From the IMG/VR virus record IMGVR_UViG_3300029818_000064, positions 1-38,582 of that record: a stretch of 38,582 nt of DNA, one strand, 5' to 3'. The stretch comes from a virus (taxonomy: Duplodnaviria > Caudoviricetes). Below the pieces are notes generated by a model. It ran no database searches. It worked only from the letters and a program-made list of their open reading frames with translations, and was not told the DNA's origin. This document shows positions 9,815 to 19,102 of this stretch, piece by piece (position 1 is the stretch's first letter; each line of letters begins with the position of its first letter). The translations under genes and the position numbers were made by a program.

Positions 9815-10327
9815 TCATACCTCCTCACAGACGATCTGCCACTCGTTGTCACGGCCAGAGCCTGATTCGCTGGGCCTGCTGGCCTGCACCATAAAACGCG
9901 GCAACCAGCCCACGCTGTAAAACACCGCACCGGCCACCGGGGTAATGGTGACCTCACGGCCCACCACCACAATGGGCGTGCGGTGGTGGCTGTGGTCAGC
10001 AAAAATGGCATCACACCAGGCGGGCACATCCGGGCGCACATCCGAGGTCAGGGTGCAGGTGAGCGCCGTGGTGTTCAGGCGTCGGTCCTTGGTGCACAGC
10101 AGCTCCAGATCCTGGCTGAAATCAAGGGACTCCAACCCCGGACCCATCCAGCCGGCGCCATTGATCACAATGGTCATCCTCTCCCAGTGCGTCATTTGCA
10201 CCAGTTTGCCACCGTGCATGCGCACACCTGTTTTGCCGCCCACTGGCTCATAGGCAACAGGCGCCGGGCCAGATAACACAGGCACGACCACACCACCCAA
10301 AACCAAGGGATACTCAGGCTGACTCAT
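9815..10327 (-). CDS. Distal tail-like protein
   Basis: First gene after the tape measure, 170 aa. Confidence 0.55.
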   Translation of the reverse strand: MSQPEYPLVLGGVVVPVLSGPAPVAYEPVGGKTGVRMHGGKLVQMTHWERMTIVINGAGWMGPGLESLDFSQDLELLCTKDRRLNTTALTCTLTSDVRPDVPAWCDAIFADHSHHRTPIVVVGREVTITPVAGAVFYSVGWLPRFMVQASRPSESGSGRDNEWQIVCEEV

Positions 10328-10329
10328 GG

Positions 10330-12396
10330 TTAACGCCTCTTCAGTTTTTCGCGCCGCACATAATCAGCCAGCTCAGCCAATGCACCCGACTGCGCCATAA
10401 CAGGTAGCTCACGGCCACCGGGCAGCTTGATCACGGCGGGGTTGTTGAAGCCGTCGCCACCACCCACCAGACCACTGGCAATGCGCGCAGACTCATCCGC
10501 GTTATAGATCCGCTCACCACCGCGCAAATTGATCAGCTCAGGCCCCATTTCACCCACCCACGCCAAGCCGGGGGGTGCGCTACTGGTGCCGGTAGCAAAG
10601 CCTGGTATGTCAAGGCTTGGGGCGGTGCCGGGCGCTGTGACGCGCACAGGCAGAATCAGCTCCTGCCCCAACTGATTGGCAAGCGCAGTAATCCGATCAC
10701 GCACGGCATTCAAACTAGCCTCATCCATCTCAAAAGAGATAGGCGCGTTTTTAAGCTCCTCGGCCTGCGCGGCAAGGTCAGCCATTTCCAACTTGATGGC
10801 GTTCAGCTTTTCTTCGGCCTGGCTCTGCTCAATGTCATTTGCGGCCAACTCAATTTGCTGAAGCTCGGTTGCAAGGCCTGCAAAGCCGTAAGTATTTTCT
10901 CCCGCCCTTTGCAGATCCAGCAGCATTTCAAGCGCTGCCGCTGCCTGCCGCTGGGCATTCTCATAGTCACCAGCCGCAAGCGCTTGCCGAGCACCAAGCT
11001 TGAGAGATAGCGCATTACGCACGCTGGCATCTTCAGGCTCACCAAATCCCCGCAAGCGGGTCAAGGCGTCTGAATAGCGGTTCTCGATATCCAGGCGATC
11101 TTTTCGCACATCCTCAATGGCTTTAAGAGCATCCTGCTCAGCCCTTACCAGCTTTTTAGCCGCTGCCTCAGCATCCTTTACCTGCTGGTCTTGCAAGGTC
11201 CGCAAGCTGGCAAGGTACTCGCGCCGGTCAGATAACTCAGCATCCTGCCGCTCTCTGGCCTCCTGTGCCGCAGCATCAGCCACAGCCTTGACCTCTGCCG
11301 TCATCCCTGTCTGCTGCTCAACGATGGTTTCACGCAGCGCCACCAAAGCCTCACGCTTGGCTTTCAGCTCATCATCACTGAACCACAGGCCAGCCAGGGT
11401 GGTGCTGAAGCCCGTGCCGTTAATGCTGCGGTCAATGTCGGATATCTGCTGATCAATCTTGTCCAACTCAGCGACCATGCCCGCCGCGTTGGCAGTAATA
11501 AAGGCAATGCGCTTGCCAAAGTCCACAAACTCGTTGGCGCCGTTTACGGTCGCGGCCGCAAGAGAAGTCAGCGCACCGGCCAGCCGTACTAGGTTGTCAA
11601 CCACAACGGGGTCAGACAGCGTTTTTTGCAGGTCTCCCAGAGCATCAATCAGCGGCGACATATCGGCATTGCCGAACGCCTCCAGCAGTGCATTGTCCAG
11701 CCGCACCAGGGCGTCACCCACTGTGACGTTCATATCGTCAACAGCTTTGCCAAGGTTATCCAGCTCACTGTTCAGCGCCGGAATGACCCGCTCACTGGTC
11801 AGCTCTCCCGCCTCTGCCATGCGGATCAGTTCCTGCCGGCCCACGCCCAAGCCCCGAGCCAAGGCCTCAGCCAGCGCCGGGGTCTTTTCAATCACGGCGT
11901 TAAAGGCATCGCCGCGCAGCACCCCCGTTTGCATGGCGCGGCTGACTTGCTGAATCACCGCCTCAGCGGCCTGCCCTTTGGTGGCACTGGCCACCAAGCC
12001 AAGGTTAACGGCCTCGGTAAAGTTCAGGATTTCATTGTTGCTAAAGCCGCGCTCACGCAAGGGCTGCAGCGCATTGATAAACAGCTCGGCATTGTTGGTC
12101 ATGCTGGTGAAGGTGCGGTTGCTTATGTCCCGCAGCCGCGACAAACCGCTTTCGTAATCTTCCTGATTACCGGTAGCCAGGCGAATCCGGTCTGTCATCT
12201 CCACCCAGTTATCAGACAGCGACGTAACCGTGCGCAACGCGCCACGCAACGCCTGAACACTGAAGTAGGTTGCAATGGCTCTGCCGGCGGTACGCAACTG
12301 CTGATCCATGGACTTCAGGTCGTCATTGACTTCCTTGAATGCCCGGCGGGAATTGTTCTGGCCATCAATAACCAGCTGAGTGCGCACCTTAGACAC
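10330..12396 (-). CDS. Tail tape measure protein
   Basis: Tape-measure N-terminal motif QVSRAMQTGVLRGDAFNAVIE, Ala-rich coiled coil, C-terminal GFATGT...WVGEMGPEL. Confidence 0.92.
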   Translation of the reverse strand: MSKVRTQLVIDGQNNSRRAFKEVNDDLKSMDQQLRTAGRAIATYFSVQALRGALRTVTSLSDNWVEMTDRIRLATGNQEDYESGLSRLRDISNRTFTSMTNNAELFINALQPLRERGFSNNEILNFTEAVNLGLVASATKGQAAEAVIQQVSRAMQTGVLRGDAFNAVIEKTPALAEALARGLGVGRQELIRMAEAGELTSERVIPALNSELDNLGKAVDDMNVTVGDALVRLDNALLEAFGNADMSPLIDALGDLQKTLSDPVVVDNLVRLAGALTSLAAATVNGANEFVDFGKRIAFITANAAGMVAELDKIDQQISDIDRSINGTGFSTTLAGLWFSDDELKAKREALVALRETIVEQQTGMTAEVKAVADAAAQEARERQDAELSDRREYLASLRTLQDQQVKDAEAAAKKLVRAEQDALKAIEDVRKDRLDIENRYSDALTRLRGFGEPEDASVRNALSLKLGARQALAAGDYENAQRQAAAALEMLLDLQRAGENTYGFAGLATELQQIELAANDIEQSQAEEKLNAIKLEMADLAAQAEELKNAPISFEMDEASLNAVRDRITALANQLGQELILPVRVTAPGTAPSLDIPGFATGTSSAPPGLAWVGEMGPELINLRGGERIYNADESARIASGLVGGGDGFNNPAVIKLPGGRELPVMAQSGALAELADYVRREKLKRR

Positions 12397-12638
12397 TAGC
12401 CAATCTCCTTCATGGTTTTCTTGAAGTCACCCGGCTTGGCATGGGCAGACCGGGCAACGATCATCGCCATCCGATTGGCGCGGCGATCTTCCTTGTCTAT
12501 GACATCCATAAAGGCATCAACCTGTTCGCGGGTATAACAAGCAATCTCAGGTAGGCGGTGCCCTGCTCGAATCAGTCGCTGGACGATATCGCTGTATTCA
12601 GGCTTTCGACCATGTCCGGCAGGGCGCTTGCGAAAAAA
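12396..12638 (-). CDS. -1 frameshift extension of the chaperone (gpGT-like C-terminus)
   Basis: The -1 frame from the T TTT TTC site (12632-12638) is open to a TAG at 12396-12398 that overlaps the tape measure GTG. It encodes ...YSDIVQRLIRAGHRLPEIACYTREQVDAFM... Confidence 0.75.
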   Translation of the reverse strand, partial: FFRKRPAGHGRKPEYSDIVQRLIRAGHRLPEIACYTREQVDAFMDVIDKEDRRANRMAMIVARSAHAKPGDFKKTMKEIG

Positions 12639-12937
12639 CCGCTATTGGCACCCACCACCGCCACCAGCAACTGCACAGCCGTAGCAGCAGGCAGCGTGCG
12701 CCTTGCCAGCCAGCCAAGGTCCGTGGTCACCTTCAGCACCTCGCGCAGCTCATCGGCATGCTTCTCGGCATACTGGTTAATCTGCGCAACGCTGGCCCCG
12801 TTCAGCAGTTGGATCAACGCAGCTGCAGCCTTACCGTAAAGGTCAAAGTGCTGCAGCTGAACCGGTTTCAGCTTCACCTTCTTGCCATCTACCGTGACGC
12901 TTTGCGCCACAGGAAACAGAATGTTCAAACCTGCCAT
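12572..12937 (-). CDS. Tail assembly chaperone (gpG-like)
   Basis: Lies between the tail tube and tape measure genes; GGAG RBS; slippery T TTT TTC near the 3' end. Confidence 0.8.
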   Translation of the reverse strand: MAGLNILFPVAQSVTVDGKKVKLKPVQLQHFDLYGKAAAALIQLLNGASVAQINQYAEKHADELREVLKVTTDLGWLARRTLPAATAVQLLVAVVGANSGFFASALPDMVESLNTAISSSD

Positions 12938-12954
12938 GCGTTTCTCCAGGCAAT

Positions 12955-12977
12955 AAAAAACCCGCCGTAGCGGGTTT
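12955..12977 (-). terminator. Intrinsic terminator downstream of the moron
   Basis: AAACCCGC-TACG-GCGGGTTT followed by further Ts on the minus strand. Confidence 0.8.
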
Positions 12978-13010
12978 GTGTTCAATCAGGGCTTTACAGC
13001 AGGTGGGTTC

Positions 13011-13787
13011 TTAGAACCCTCCGCGCACGCACCATTCGTAAGTCTCTTTCTTGAATGTGTCAATCTGCCGCACCCGCTCCTCAGATCTACTATGGCGCGG
13101 ACGCTCATAAGCAGAAGTCACAAGCCGACTCATTACCGAATCATTGTGGCTACCATGCCCCACCACAGCCACCAAAGCATCAGCCATCCGCATGCCGGCC
13201 TGGTGACCAGACATAACAGAAGCACCCACTTCCTCCATCGTCTTGCATCGGGCTGCAATATCGGCCTGAGAAGGCACAGCAACTCTTGGCGCCAATGCCG
13301 CCACAGAATCAGAAATGCGCTGCTCGAAAGACTCAGTGGAGGGAGGGGCAGACGGTGTAATGCCTGCAGCAGAGTACTGCTTATAGCTAGAGATAACGGT
13401 TCCAAAAAATGTCGCGAGAGCAAAAACAATAAATGCCGCAAGCAACAGGGCCGGAATAGCGGCCAATACAATTTTGGTCATAAGCCAAACAAGACTTAAA
13501 AACGGTATACGTACCGCAACAAGCACACGCTCTGAGTTGCGCTCACGCTCTTCAATAGCGCTGCGACGCGCACGCCCAGCAGCCACATCCTCCCTTGCAG
13601 CCAACATGCGCGCACTAACCTGCTCTTTTAAACCAGAGTCGCGGGGGGCGCCCTCAGCGTTTGCAGCGGCCTCCTCGGCTTGCCGAGCCAACACCTTCGC
13701 ATACACGGCGCCACAACTGGGGCATATATCTGGGCTGGCTGATTGCTCGGCCAACGTCGGCTCATAACTGCACTTTGGGCATTTCAT
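13011..13787 (-). CDS. Moron: Zn-ribbon plus membrane-anchored protein
   Basis: CPKC...CPSC at the N-terminus and a long hydrophobic segment. Inserted between tail tube and chaperone genes with its own terminator. Confidence 0.75.
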   Translation of the reverse strand: MKCPKCSYEPTLAEQSASPDICPSCGAVYAKVLARQAEEAAANAEGAPRDSGLKEQVSARMLAAREDVAAGRARRSAIEERERNSERVLVAVRIPFLSLVWLMTKIVLAAIPALLLAAFIVFALATFFGTVISSYKQYSAAGITPSAPPSTESFEQRISDSVAALAPRVAVPSQADIAARCKTMEEVGASVMSGHQAGMRMADALVAVVGHGSHNDSVMSRLVTSAYERPRHSRSEERVRQIDTFKKETYEWCVRGGF

Positions 13788-13793
13788 AGAATC

Positions 13794-13844
13794 CTCCCTG
13801 ATCAACTCAGGGAGAAATATAGCCCAATGCCTTCAGCCCGTCAC
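13794..13844 (-). promoter_or_regulatory. Candidate moron promoter (GTGACG-17-TATATT) and RBS-occluding hairpin
   Basis: -35-like at 13839-13844 and -10-like at 13816-13821. Inverted repeat CTCCCTGA/TCAGGGAG at 13794-13814 overlaps the SD. Confidence 0.5.
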
Positions 13845-13853
13845 GCCGGGAAC

Positions 13854-14639
13854 TTAAGCCTCAACCGCCTGGTGCTCGATCTGCCAGATTGCAGCCTCAC
13901 CCGGTTCAAAAATGTTCGGGTCAGAGAGCAGCCGAATACTCACCGGGATCACACCAAACTCAGCGCCTTGGTTCAGCGGCATGCCGCCATTCAGGCTGAT
14001 GCGCGCATAGTGGCACTTGACCCGGCGGCGCTCGTTGGCACCACCCTCGTTGATCTGGCTGAAGGCCACGCGGAAGTATTTGCGGCCCTGAGTAAAGGGC
14101 TTGATCAAATCCACCGTGGGGTAGGCATAACTGATCAGCACCGGCAGTCTGTTCTGCTGGCCCGGTACCGGGGTCACCGCAGCAATGGCGGCGGCCAGAG
14201 CGCCACCATCCAACACACGAATGCCACCATAGGTCAGGGCATAATCCTCACCGGGCTCGTACTCGGTCTCGCCGTCCTCAGAGGTCAGCGCCGTGACCTC
14301 CATGGGAATGTGAGCAGTCAACATGGTGCCACCAACATAGGCATCATGCGGCTCTTCAACTGCCGAGCCAGAGGGCACACGCTCAACCGAGCCGTACAGC
14401 GCAATGGCCGCAGCGCGCGGGCTGAAGTCAACCGCCTCACCCACCACGTTAATGGCCGTGGTAGAGGTCACGCCATCCAGCTCAGGCTGACCGATGCGGG
14501 TGGGATTATTAACCAGAATCTCAGTTGTTTCTGGCTCTGCAGAGACGTTCTGCAACTTGAAGATTTCTTCATAGTTGTGGCCAGGGTAGTTCGCCACCTC
14601 GGTGATGCCACGGAAAAGCTGAGTGTAAAGCTGAGTCAT
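13854..14639 (-). CDS. Major tail (tube) protein
   Basis: Follows the tail terminator gene and precedes the chaperone; 261 aa. Confidence 0.8.
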   Translation of the reverse strand: MTQLYTQLFRGITEVANYPGHNYEEIFKLQNVSAEPETTEILVNNPTRIGQPELDGVTSTTAINVVGEAVDFSPRAAAIALYGSVERVPSGSAVEEPHDAYVGGTMLTAHIPMEVTALTSEDGETEYEPGEDYALTYGGIRVLDGGALAAAIAAVTPVPGQQNRLPVLISYAYPTVDLIKPFTQGRKYFRVAFSQINEGGANERRRVKCHYARISLNGGMPLNQGAEFGVIPVSIRLLSDPNIFEPGEAAIWQIEHQAVEA

Positions 14640-14659
14640 AAATGCTCCTGGCCATCGGC

Positions 14660-15094
14660 CTAGCGGTAGGTTTCTACGTAAGTCACTGAAAAGTTGAACA
14701 ACAGGCGCATGGTGTGCACCCCTTGCGCGGGATAGACCGGCGTGGCTTCCTCCTCATCACCAACCAACCCAGGGAACTGCCGGTCAACGTCAAGCTGGTC
14801 AAACCCAAAACAACGGATCAGATCAACGTGAGCATCACTCAGGGCGCCGTGTGCTGCCGCCTTACTGAAGAACACTTCAATCTGGTAGCTACGCATGCGG
14901 GTGCACTGCTTACCCGCCCGCCCTGTCCGTGAGTCGTTGACCACAGACCATTGGCAATAGGGTGTTGGCTGGTTGTCTTTTGGCGAGTCCAGCGGGCCAA
15001 AAACACCTCGCAGGTCTGTGATAAAGCCATTGCCGGGCACGATGGTTTTCAGGCGATCTTCAAGCGCCTGGTCAACTGCTGAGGATCTGGGCAT
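14660..15094 (-). CDS. Tail terminator / completion protein
   Basis: Position and the LKTIVPGNGFITD motif. Confidence 0.6.
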   Translation of the reverse strand: MPRSSAVDQALEDRLKTIVPGNGFITDLRGVFGPLDSPKDNQPTPYCQWSVVNDSRTGRAGKQCTRMRSYQIEVFFSKAAAHGALSDAHVDLIRCFGFDQLDVDRQFPGLVGDEEEATPVYPAQGVHTMRLLFNFSVTYVETYR

Positions 15095-15114
15095 GGGTAC
15101 TCTCTTTGCCGGTG

Positions 15115-15690
15115 CTATCGCGGCCCTTTGGCCAACTCGATCTTGATGCGGCGCTCAAACTCACGCCGCAAAAAAGCATTGGTCCAGCGCAAGGTATTTC
15201 CCTGCGCCAACCGCTTGAACCAGTAGGCCACCGAGGGTGCCAGGGCCTCACCCAAAGCGCGCTTGTAGGTGTAGGTCCGCACCCTGCCGATCTTCTGGCT
15301 GCGCGTGCTCAGGGGTAACTTGCGTTGGGCGCCGGGGTTTACAAACCCTGCCGCCACCTTCTTGCCACCCAACCCAACTACCCAGACCCGCGCCCGGGTC
15401 TTATCAATCGCATCAAAGCCCCAGCGCGAATACTCGGTAACAGGTATGCCAGAACCGGACGGGATAAGCCGCGCATCCATACGCCCACGGCGGGCACGCT
15501 TGATGACCATGCGCCTGTTGGCTCGCCTTGATGACAGCACACCCCTTAGCGGCTTGGTGAAGCGCTCACGGCGGGTAGCGGTCACCGTGGTATTGAGCGT
15601 CCCGCGCAGCACAGGATCAACGCTGCGCTGCACCGTCTTCAGCAGCGCCTCCGCAAAGGGCCGGCCTTGCAGCTTGAGTGATAACTCCAT
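15115..15690 (-). CDS. Basic tail-completion protein (lambda gpZ-like)
   Basis: Very Arg-rich; head-tail joining position. Confidence 0.55.
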   Translation of the reverse strand: MELSLKLQGRPFAEALLKTVQRSVDPVLRGTLNTTVTATRRERFTKPLRGVLSSRRANRRMVIKRARRGRMDARLIPSGSGIPVTEYSRWGFDAIDKTRARVWVVGLGGKKVAAGFVNPGAQRKLPLSTRSQKIGRVRTYTYKRALGEALAPSVAYWFKRLAQGNTLRWTNAFLRREFERRIKIELAKGPR

Positions 15691-16235
15691 TACGGCCGCT
15701 CCAGCCAAAGCCCGCGCACAACGCCGTCATCGGTGTCATCCGCGTAGTCGGTGACGTTATACAGCTCACCATCCACCACCAGCTGATCACCCGGCTGCGG
15801 ACGCCCCACCTCAATCACCGCCACTTCTGCGCGGGTCTTGTAAGCCGTCACTCGCTGCATTTCATCCAGCACCGGCGCCTCATGCATCAGGTGCACCCTG
15901 CAACCAACCGGCACACCCTCGGCGGGCCGATACTCACCCACCAGGCCCACCAGCTCAGAGCAGGCAATCTGCATCTCTACCTGCTGGCCAGTCACGTCGC
16001 GGGCATCATCAATCAGCAGCAGCCGACCCTCAGCCCTCAAGTACCGCCCAGCCACCAGCCGGTCATCCCACCAGGCCCGCACCGTCACCTGCGCCGCAGC
16101 CCGCAACCCCCGCTGCGCCGCCACCGGCCCCTCCCGCGCCCGAATCCCCACCCACAGCCAATCCAGAGTCTGGGGCTGCAGGTCGGGGGTCAGTTGCAGG
16201 AGGTCGGCGGGGGTGTCTAGTTGTCCAATGCGCAT
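15690..16235 (-). CDS. Head closure / head-tail adaptor
   Basis: MRIGQLD start resembling head-closure proteins; position in the module. Confidence 0.6.
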   Translation of the reverse strand: MRIGQLDTPADLLQLTPDLQPQTLDWLWVGIRAREGPVAAQRGLRAAAQVTVRAWWDDRLVAGRYLRAEGRLLLIDDARDVTGQQVEMQIACSELVGLVGEYRPAEGVPVGCRVHLMHEAPVLDEMQRVTAYKTRAEVAVIEVGRPQPGDQLVVDGELYNVTDYADDTDDGVVRGLWLERP

Positions 16236-16237
16236 GG

Positions 16238-16777
16238 CTACCTCGGCACAATGTATTCATTCAGCAGCCCATCAATAAAGTTGAGCCGGGCTGTAATGGT
16301 GCCAATGACCACAGCAGATGGGTTGGCATAGGCATCAGCAATCTGCACCAACATCCAGTCAACCAGGCTGGCCGGCACATCACCAGGGGCATCGCCGTAG
16401 CCAGCCTGGTAATGCACAACCACTTCACCAGCGGGCCAGCCGTTACCAGTTGGCTCAACGCATGCCTCATCGCCTGCAATAGCCACGTACTGCTCTTCAA
16501 CCAGCGGGACGCCTGCTACCGTTACAGAGAGCACCTCCTGCACTGGCCAGCGCTGCAATGGGATTGACTCGTGCGCACACGGTGTTTGCACCTGCCGCCA
16601 CTCCTGAGTTATCAGCGCGCGGCGGGTTCTGGACTCGGCCTGCTCCCTGGCCGACTTGATCAAACGGACAAGCCGGTCATCAGCCTGGGTGTGTCGCACA
16701 TGGCACTGGGCTTTTGCCTCAGGCAATGTAATCGGCTCCACCTGTGGGTCCGCGACGCGAACAGATCGAATGTGCAT
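16238..16777 (-). CDS. Head-tail connector (HK97 gp6 / phiE125 gp8-like)
   Basis: EPITLPEAKAQCHV...AREQAESRTRRALITQ and YQAGYG...VPASL motifs. Confidence 0.85.
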   Translation of the reverse strand: MHIRSVRVADPQVEPITLPEAKAQCHVRHTQADDRLVRLIKSAREQAESRTRRALITQEWRQVQTPCAHESIPLQRWPVQEVLSVTVAGVPLVEEQYVAIAGDEACVEPTGNGWPAGEVVVHYQAGYGDAPGDVPASLVDWMLVQIADAYANPSAVVIGTITARLNFIDGLLNEYIVPR

Positions 16778-16787
16778 GATTCATCCC

Positions 16788-17000
16788 TTATTCCGGGAGC
16801 TTGTCTTTTGCTGCCGCGCCCTTGCCCTTCCCGCCCGTAGAAGTCTTGGCCGGGGCCTGTTCTTCAAGGGATAAGGCCTTGCCAATGCGCACCAGCAACT
16901 TGGCATCATCAAGCGACAAGTCCTGCGGGGCTTCGTAAGTTTCCCCAGTGACAATGTCTTTGCCTGATGCAGTGGTATTGCGAATCGCTTTGATCTTCAT
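16788..17000 (-). CDS. Small head-associated hypothetical protein
   Basis: Directly after the capsid gene; DAKLLVRIGKA motif. Confidence 0.6.
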   Translation of the reverse strand: MKIKAIRNTTASGKDIVTGETYEAPQDLSLDDAKLLVRIGKALSLEEQAPAKTSTGGKGKGAAAKDKLPE

Positions 17001-17057
17001 GGGTTCACCATTTCATAAGACCGCCGGGCTACCCGGCGGCCTGCGCTAAAGAAAGGA

Positions 17058-18437
17058 TCAGTTGGTGCTTGCGTCCTTCATGGCTGCAAACGACTCTGCA
17101 TGGCGCACTGCAAAGTCAACCGACTGGAAGGCCACCACACGCACCTTGCCAGAAGAGGCACCGGTGTAAGGGTCAACCAGCAGATCCAGGCCACCCCACA
17201 AACCCATGACCAGGTCAGCCCAGTTGCCGAACAGAATGGCGCTCAGATCTTCGCCGGTACCCTTGGTGATATTGCCCGGTACCTGATTGCTCACTGCAGT
17301 GCGGTAGCCGTTCAGCGGGGCTTGCGGGCTCATGCGGTCCCACACAAACATGCCGGATCCGTCATCCACTTTGGTGGTCTTGAGCTTGCCGCGCACCTTG
17401 GCGTTGGTCAGATAACCAAGCGATCCGATGTCAGCGTTATCCACTGCAACCTCGGTCTCCAGCTGCACAATGTTGTCCCAGGTAGGCGCAGCACCGTTGG
17501 TGCCACCCAGCACACTGCCGATGCCAGTCTGGTTCAACACGCCGCGCGGCTGGTTGGATGCACCGGTGCCGGCGATACCTGCCAGATCAATGCCCAGCGC
17601 AATGGCGCGCATCAAGTCCATGCGCACAAAGCTCTCAACGCTGACGCTGGCCTGCTGGATCAAAGCGCGGCTGAAGTCAGTCAGCGCGCCAATAGTCTTG
17701 GGTGTCAGCGGTACCTGGCCAACGCTCATGCCGCTGGGGGTAGCGTCATCATTTTCCGCAAGCCAGTAGGTCTGGCCAGAGCCGGTTTTCTTCGGGATCT
17801 GGACATTACCCACCAAGCCAGACAGCGTGGTGATACCCAGGCCAGTCAGAGCCAACTGGTTCTCAAGGCTGTCAATGAAGCTGCCAGAGAGCAGGTCAGT
17901 GGAGATCAGGTTGCCACCAGCAGTGGGCGTACCCGCCGTGAGCTGTGAGCGCTTGGCCAGCACCTCTACCGGGATCAGCATGCTGCGGCCTTCACGCTCA
18001 AGGCGCGCCATCACACCAGGACCAACACCCATGTCAGATGGGATGATGATGCCCCGTGCATTGCGGCCTTGCAGCTTGGCGGCCTCTTGGCAGGCTTCGA
18101 TCTCGAAGGCAGCTTCTTTCTGAGCCTGCGGATCCTGCGGGTTGGACAGGGAGCGAATCAGGCGCACAACGCTAAAACGGTTGATTTCACGCTCGGACAG
18201 GCCCAGTTCAGAACCGGTAACACCCAGACCAGCCTGCTGGCGGCGCTGTTCTTCCAGCCCCTGATGACGCGCGATATCAGCACCGAGCGTTTCGGCCTCT
18301 CGCATCAGGTTGTCAAAGTTGCTGCGCTCTTCGTCACTCAGAGCGCGTTTGGCGGTTTCGGCGGCATCAATGATTTTCTGCGCGTCATCCAGCTTGGCTG
18401 CGCGTTGGTTGCGCAATTCCTTCAGATCTTTCTTCAT
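17058..18437 (-). CDS. Major capsid protein, HK97 fold
   Basis: N-terminal coiled-coil delta domain; GTGASNQPRGVLN, LNGYR, ILFGNW and VRHAESF motifs; GAGG RBS before 18437. Confidence 0.93.
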   Translation of the reverse strand: MKKDLKELRNQRAAKLDDAQKIIDAAETAKRALSDEERSNFDNLMREAETLGADIARHQGLEEQRRQQAGLGVTGSELGLSEREINRFSVVRLIRSLSNPQDPQAQKEAAFEIEACQEAAKLQGRNARGIIIPSDMGVGPGVMARLEREGRSMLIPVEVLAKRSQLTAGTPTAGGNLISTDLLSGSFIDSLENQLALTGLGITTLSGLVGNVQIPKKTGSGQTYWLAENDDATPSGMSVGQVPLTPKTIGALTDFSRALIQQASVSVESFVRMDLMRAIALGIDLAGIAGTGASNQPRGVLNQTGIGSVLGGTNGAAPTWDNIVQLETEVAVDNADIGSLGYLTNAKVRGKLKTTKVDDGSGMFVWDRMSPQAPLNGYRTAVSNQVPGNITKGTGEDLSAILFGNWADLVMGLWGGLDLLVDPYTGASSGKVRVVAFQSVDFAVRHAESFAAMKDASTN

Positions 18438-18454
18438 GGTTTCCTCGCGGGCAC

Positions 18455-18477
18455 AAAAAAGCCCGCACATGCGGGCT
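18455..18477 (-). terminator. Intrinsic terminator-like hairpin between protease and capsid genes
   Basis: AGCCCGCA-TG-TGCGGGCT followed by a T run on the minus strand. Confidence 0.65.
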
Positions 18478-18496
18478 GGTATGGGTTTTGGTTTGG

Positions 18497-19102
18497 TTAA
18501 GCAAGCCGCTGCATTCGCAGCCGCAAGCCTCGCATTTCATCATCCAGCAGCTGAGGATCAGCCGGCGGCTGCTCTGCTACTTGAGCTTCTTTCCAGCGAT
18601 CCAGGCTGCGGGCAGATACCGTGGTCTGGCCATAGGCCGGGAAAGTAACCGGGCTAATTTCAAGCACATCCACCTCAAGCAGTGTGCGCACCCACACGTC
18701 CTCTACTTTGGCCCAGGCATCCTCAATGGTGATGAAGCCGAATGACATTTCCTTCACGTCACCTCGACTCATGCTCACTGTCAGATCACGGGCATAAGTT
18801 GTATCAGGCGGGTCAATCTCAAAGCTCAAGCCGGTCTCATCTTCTTGCAACCGCAAGGTGCCAGCACTCGATCTGCCCAGCACCATGTCAGCGTTGTGGT
18901 TCAGCAGCGCACGCACATCGCGGCTGGCCAGGCTTTTTGCAAAAGCGCCAGGGGCGATCTGTTCAACAAAGCCGCCAAGATCCTCAGAGCGCTGGTTAAA
19001 CACAGCGGCATGACCAGCAATGAGCGCTTTGGTCTCTTCACCAGCAGCCTGCAGGCGCAGCTCTTGCGGCATATAAAAGCGCCGCTCAAAGTCTTTTTTC
19101 AC
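18497..19102 (-). CDS. Prohead protease (HK97 family)
   Basis: GHAAVFN, EQIAPGAF, LLNH, MSFGF and EISPVTFPAY motifs. Confidence 0.93.
   Translation of the reverse strand: MKKDFERRFYMPQELRLQAAGEETKALIAGHAAVFNQRSEDLGGFVEQIAPGAFAKSLASRDVRALLNHNADMVLGRSSAGTLRLQEDETGLSFEIDPPDTTYARDLTVSMSRGDVKEMSFGFITIEDAWAKVEDVWVRTLLEVDVLEISPVTFPAYGQTTVSARSLDRWKEAQVAEQPPADPQLLDDEMRGLRLRMQRLA

Noticed and set aside
17021-17039. Hairpin CCGCCGGG-CTA-CCCGGCGG after the capsid gene as a terminator
   Set aside because: There is no clear T run; it is more likely an ordinary mRNA-stabilising stem.
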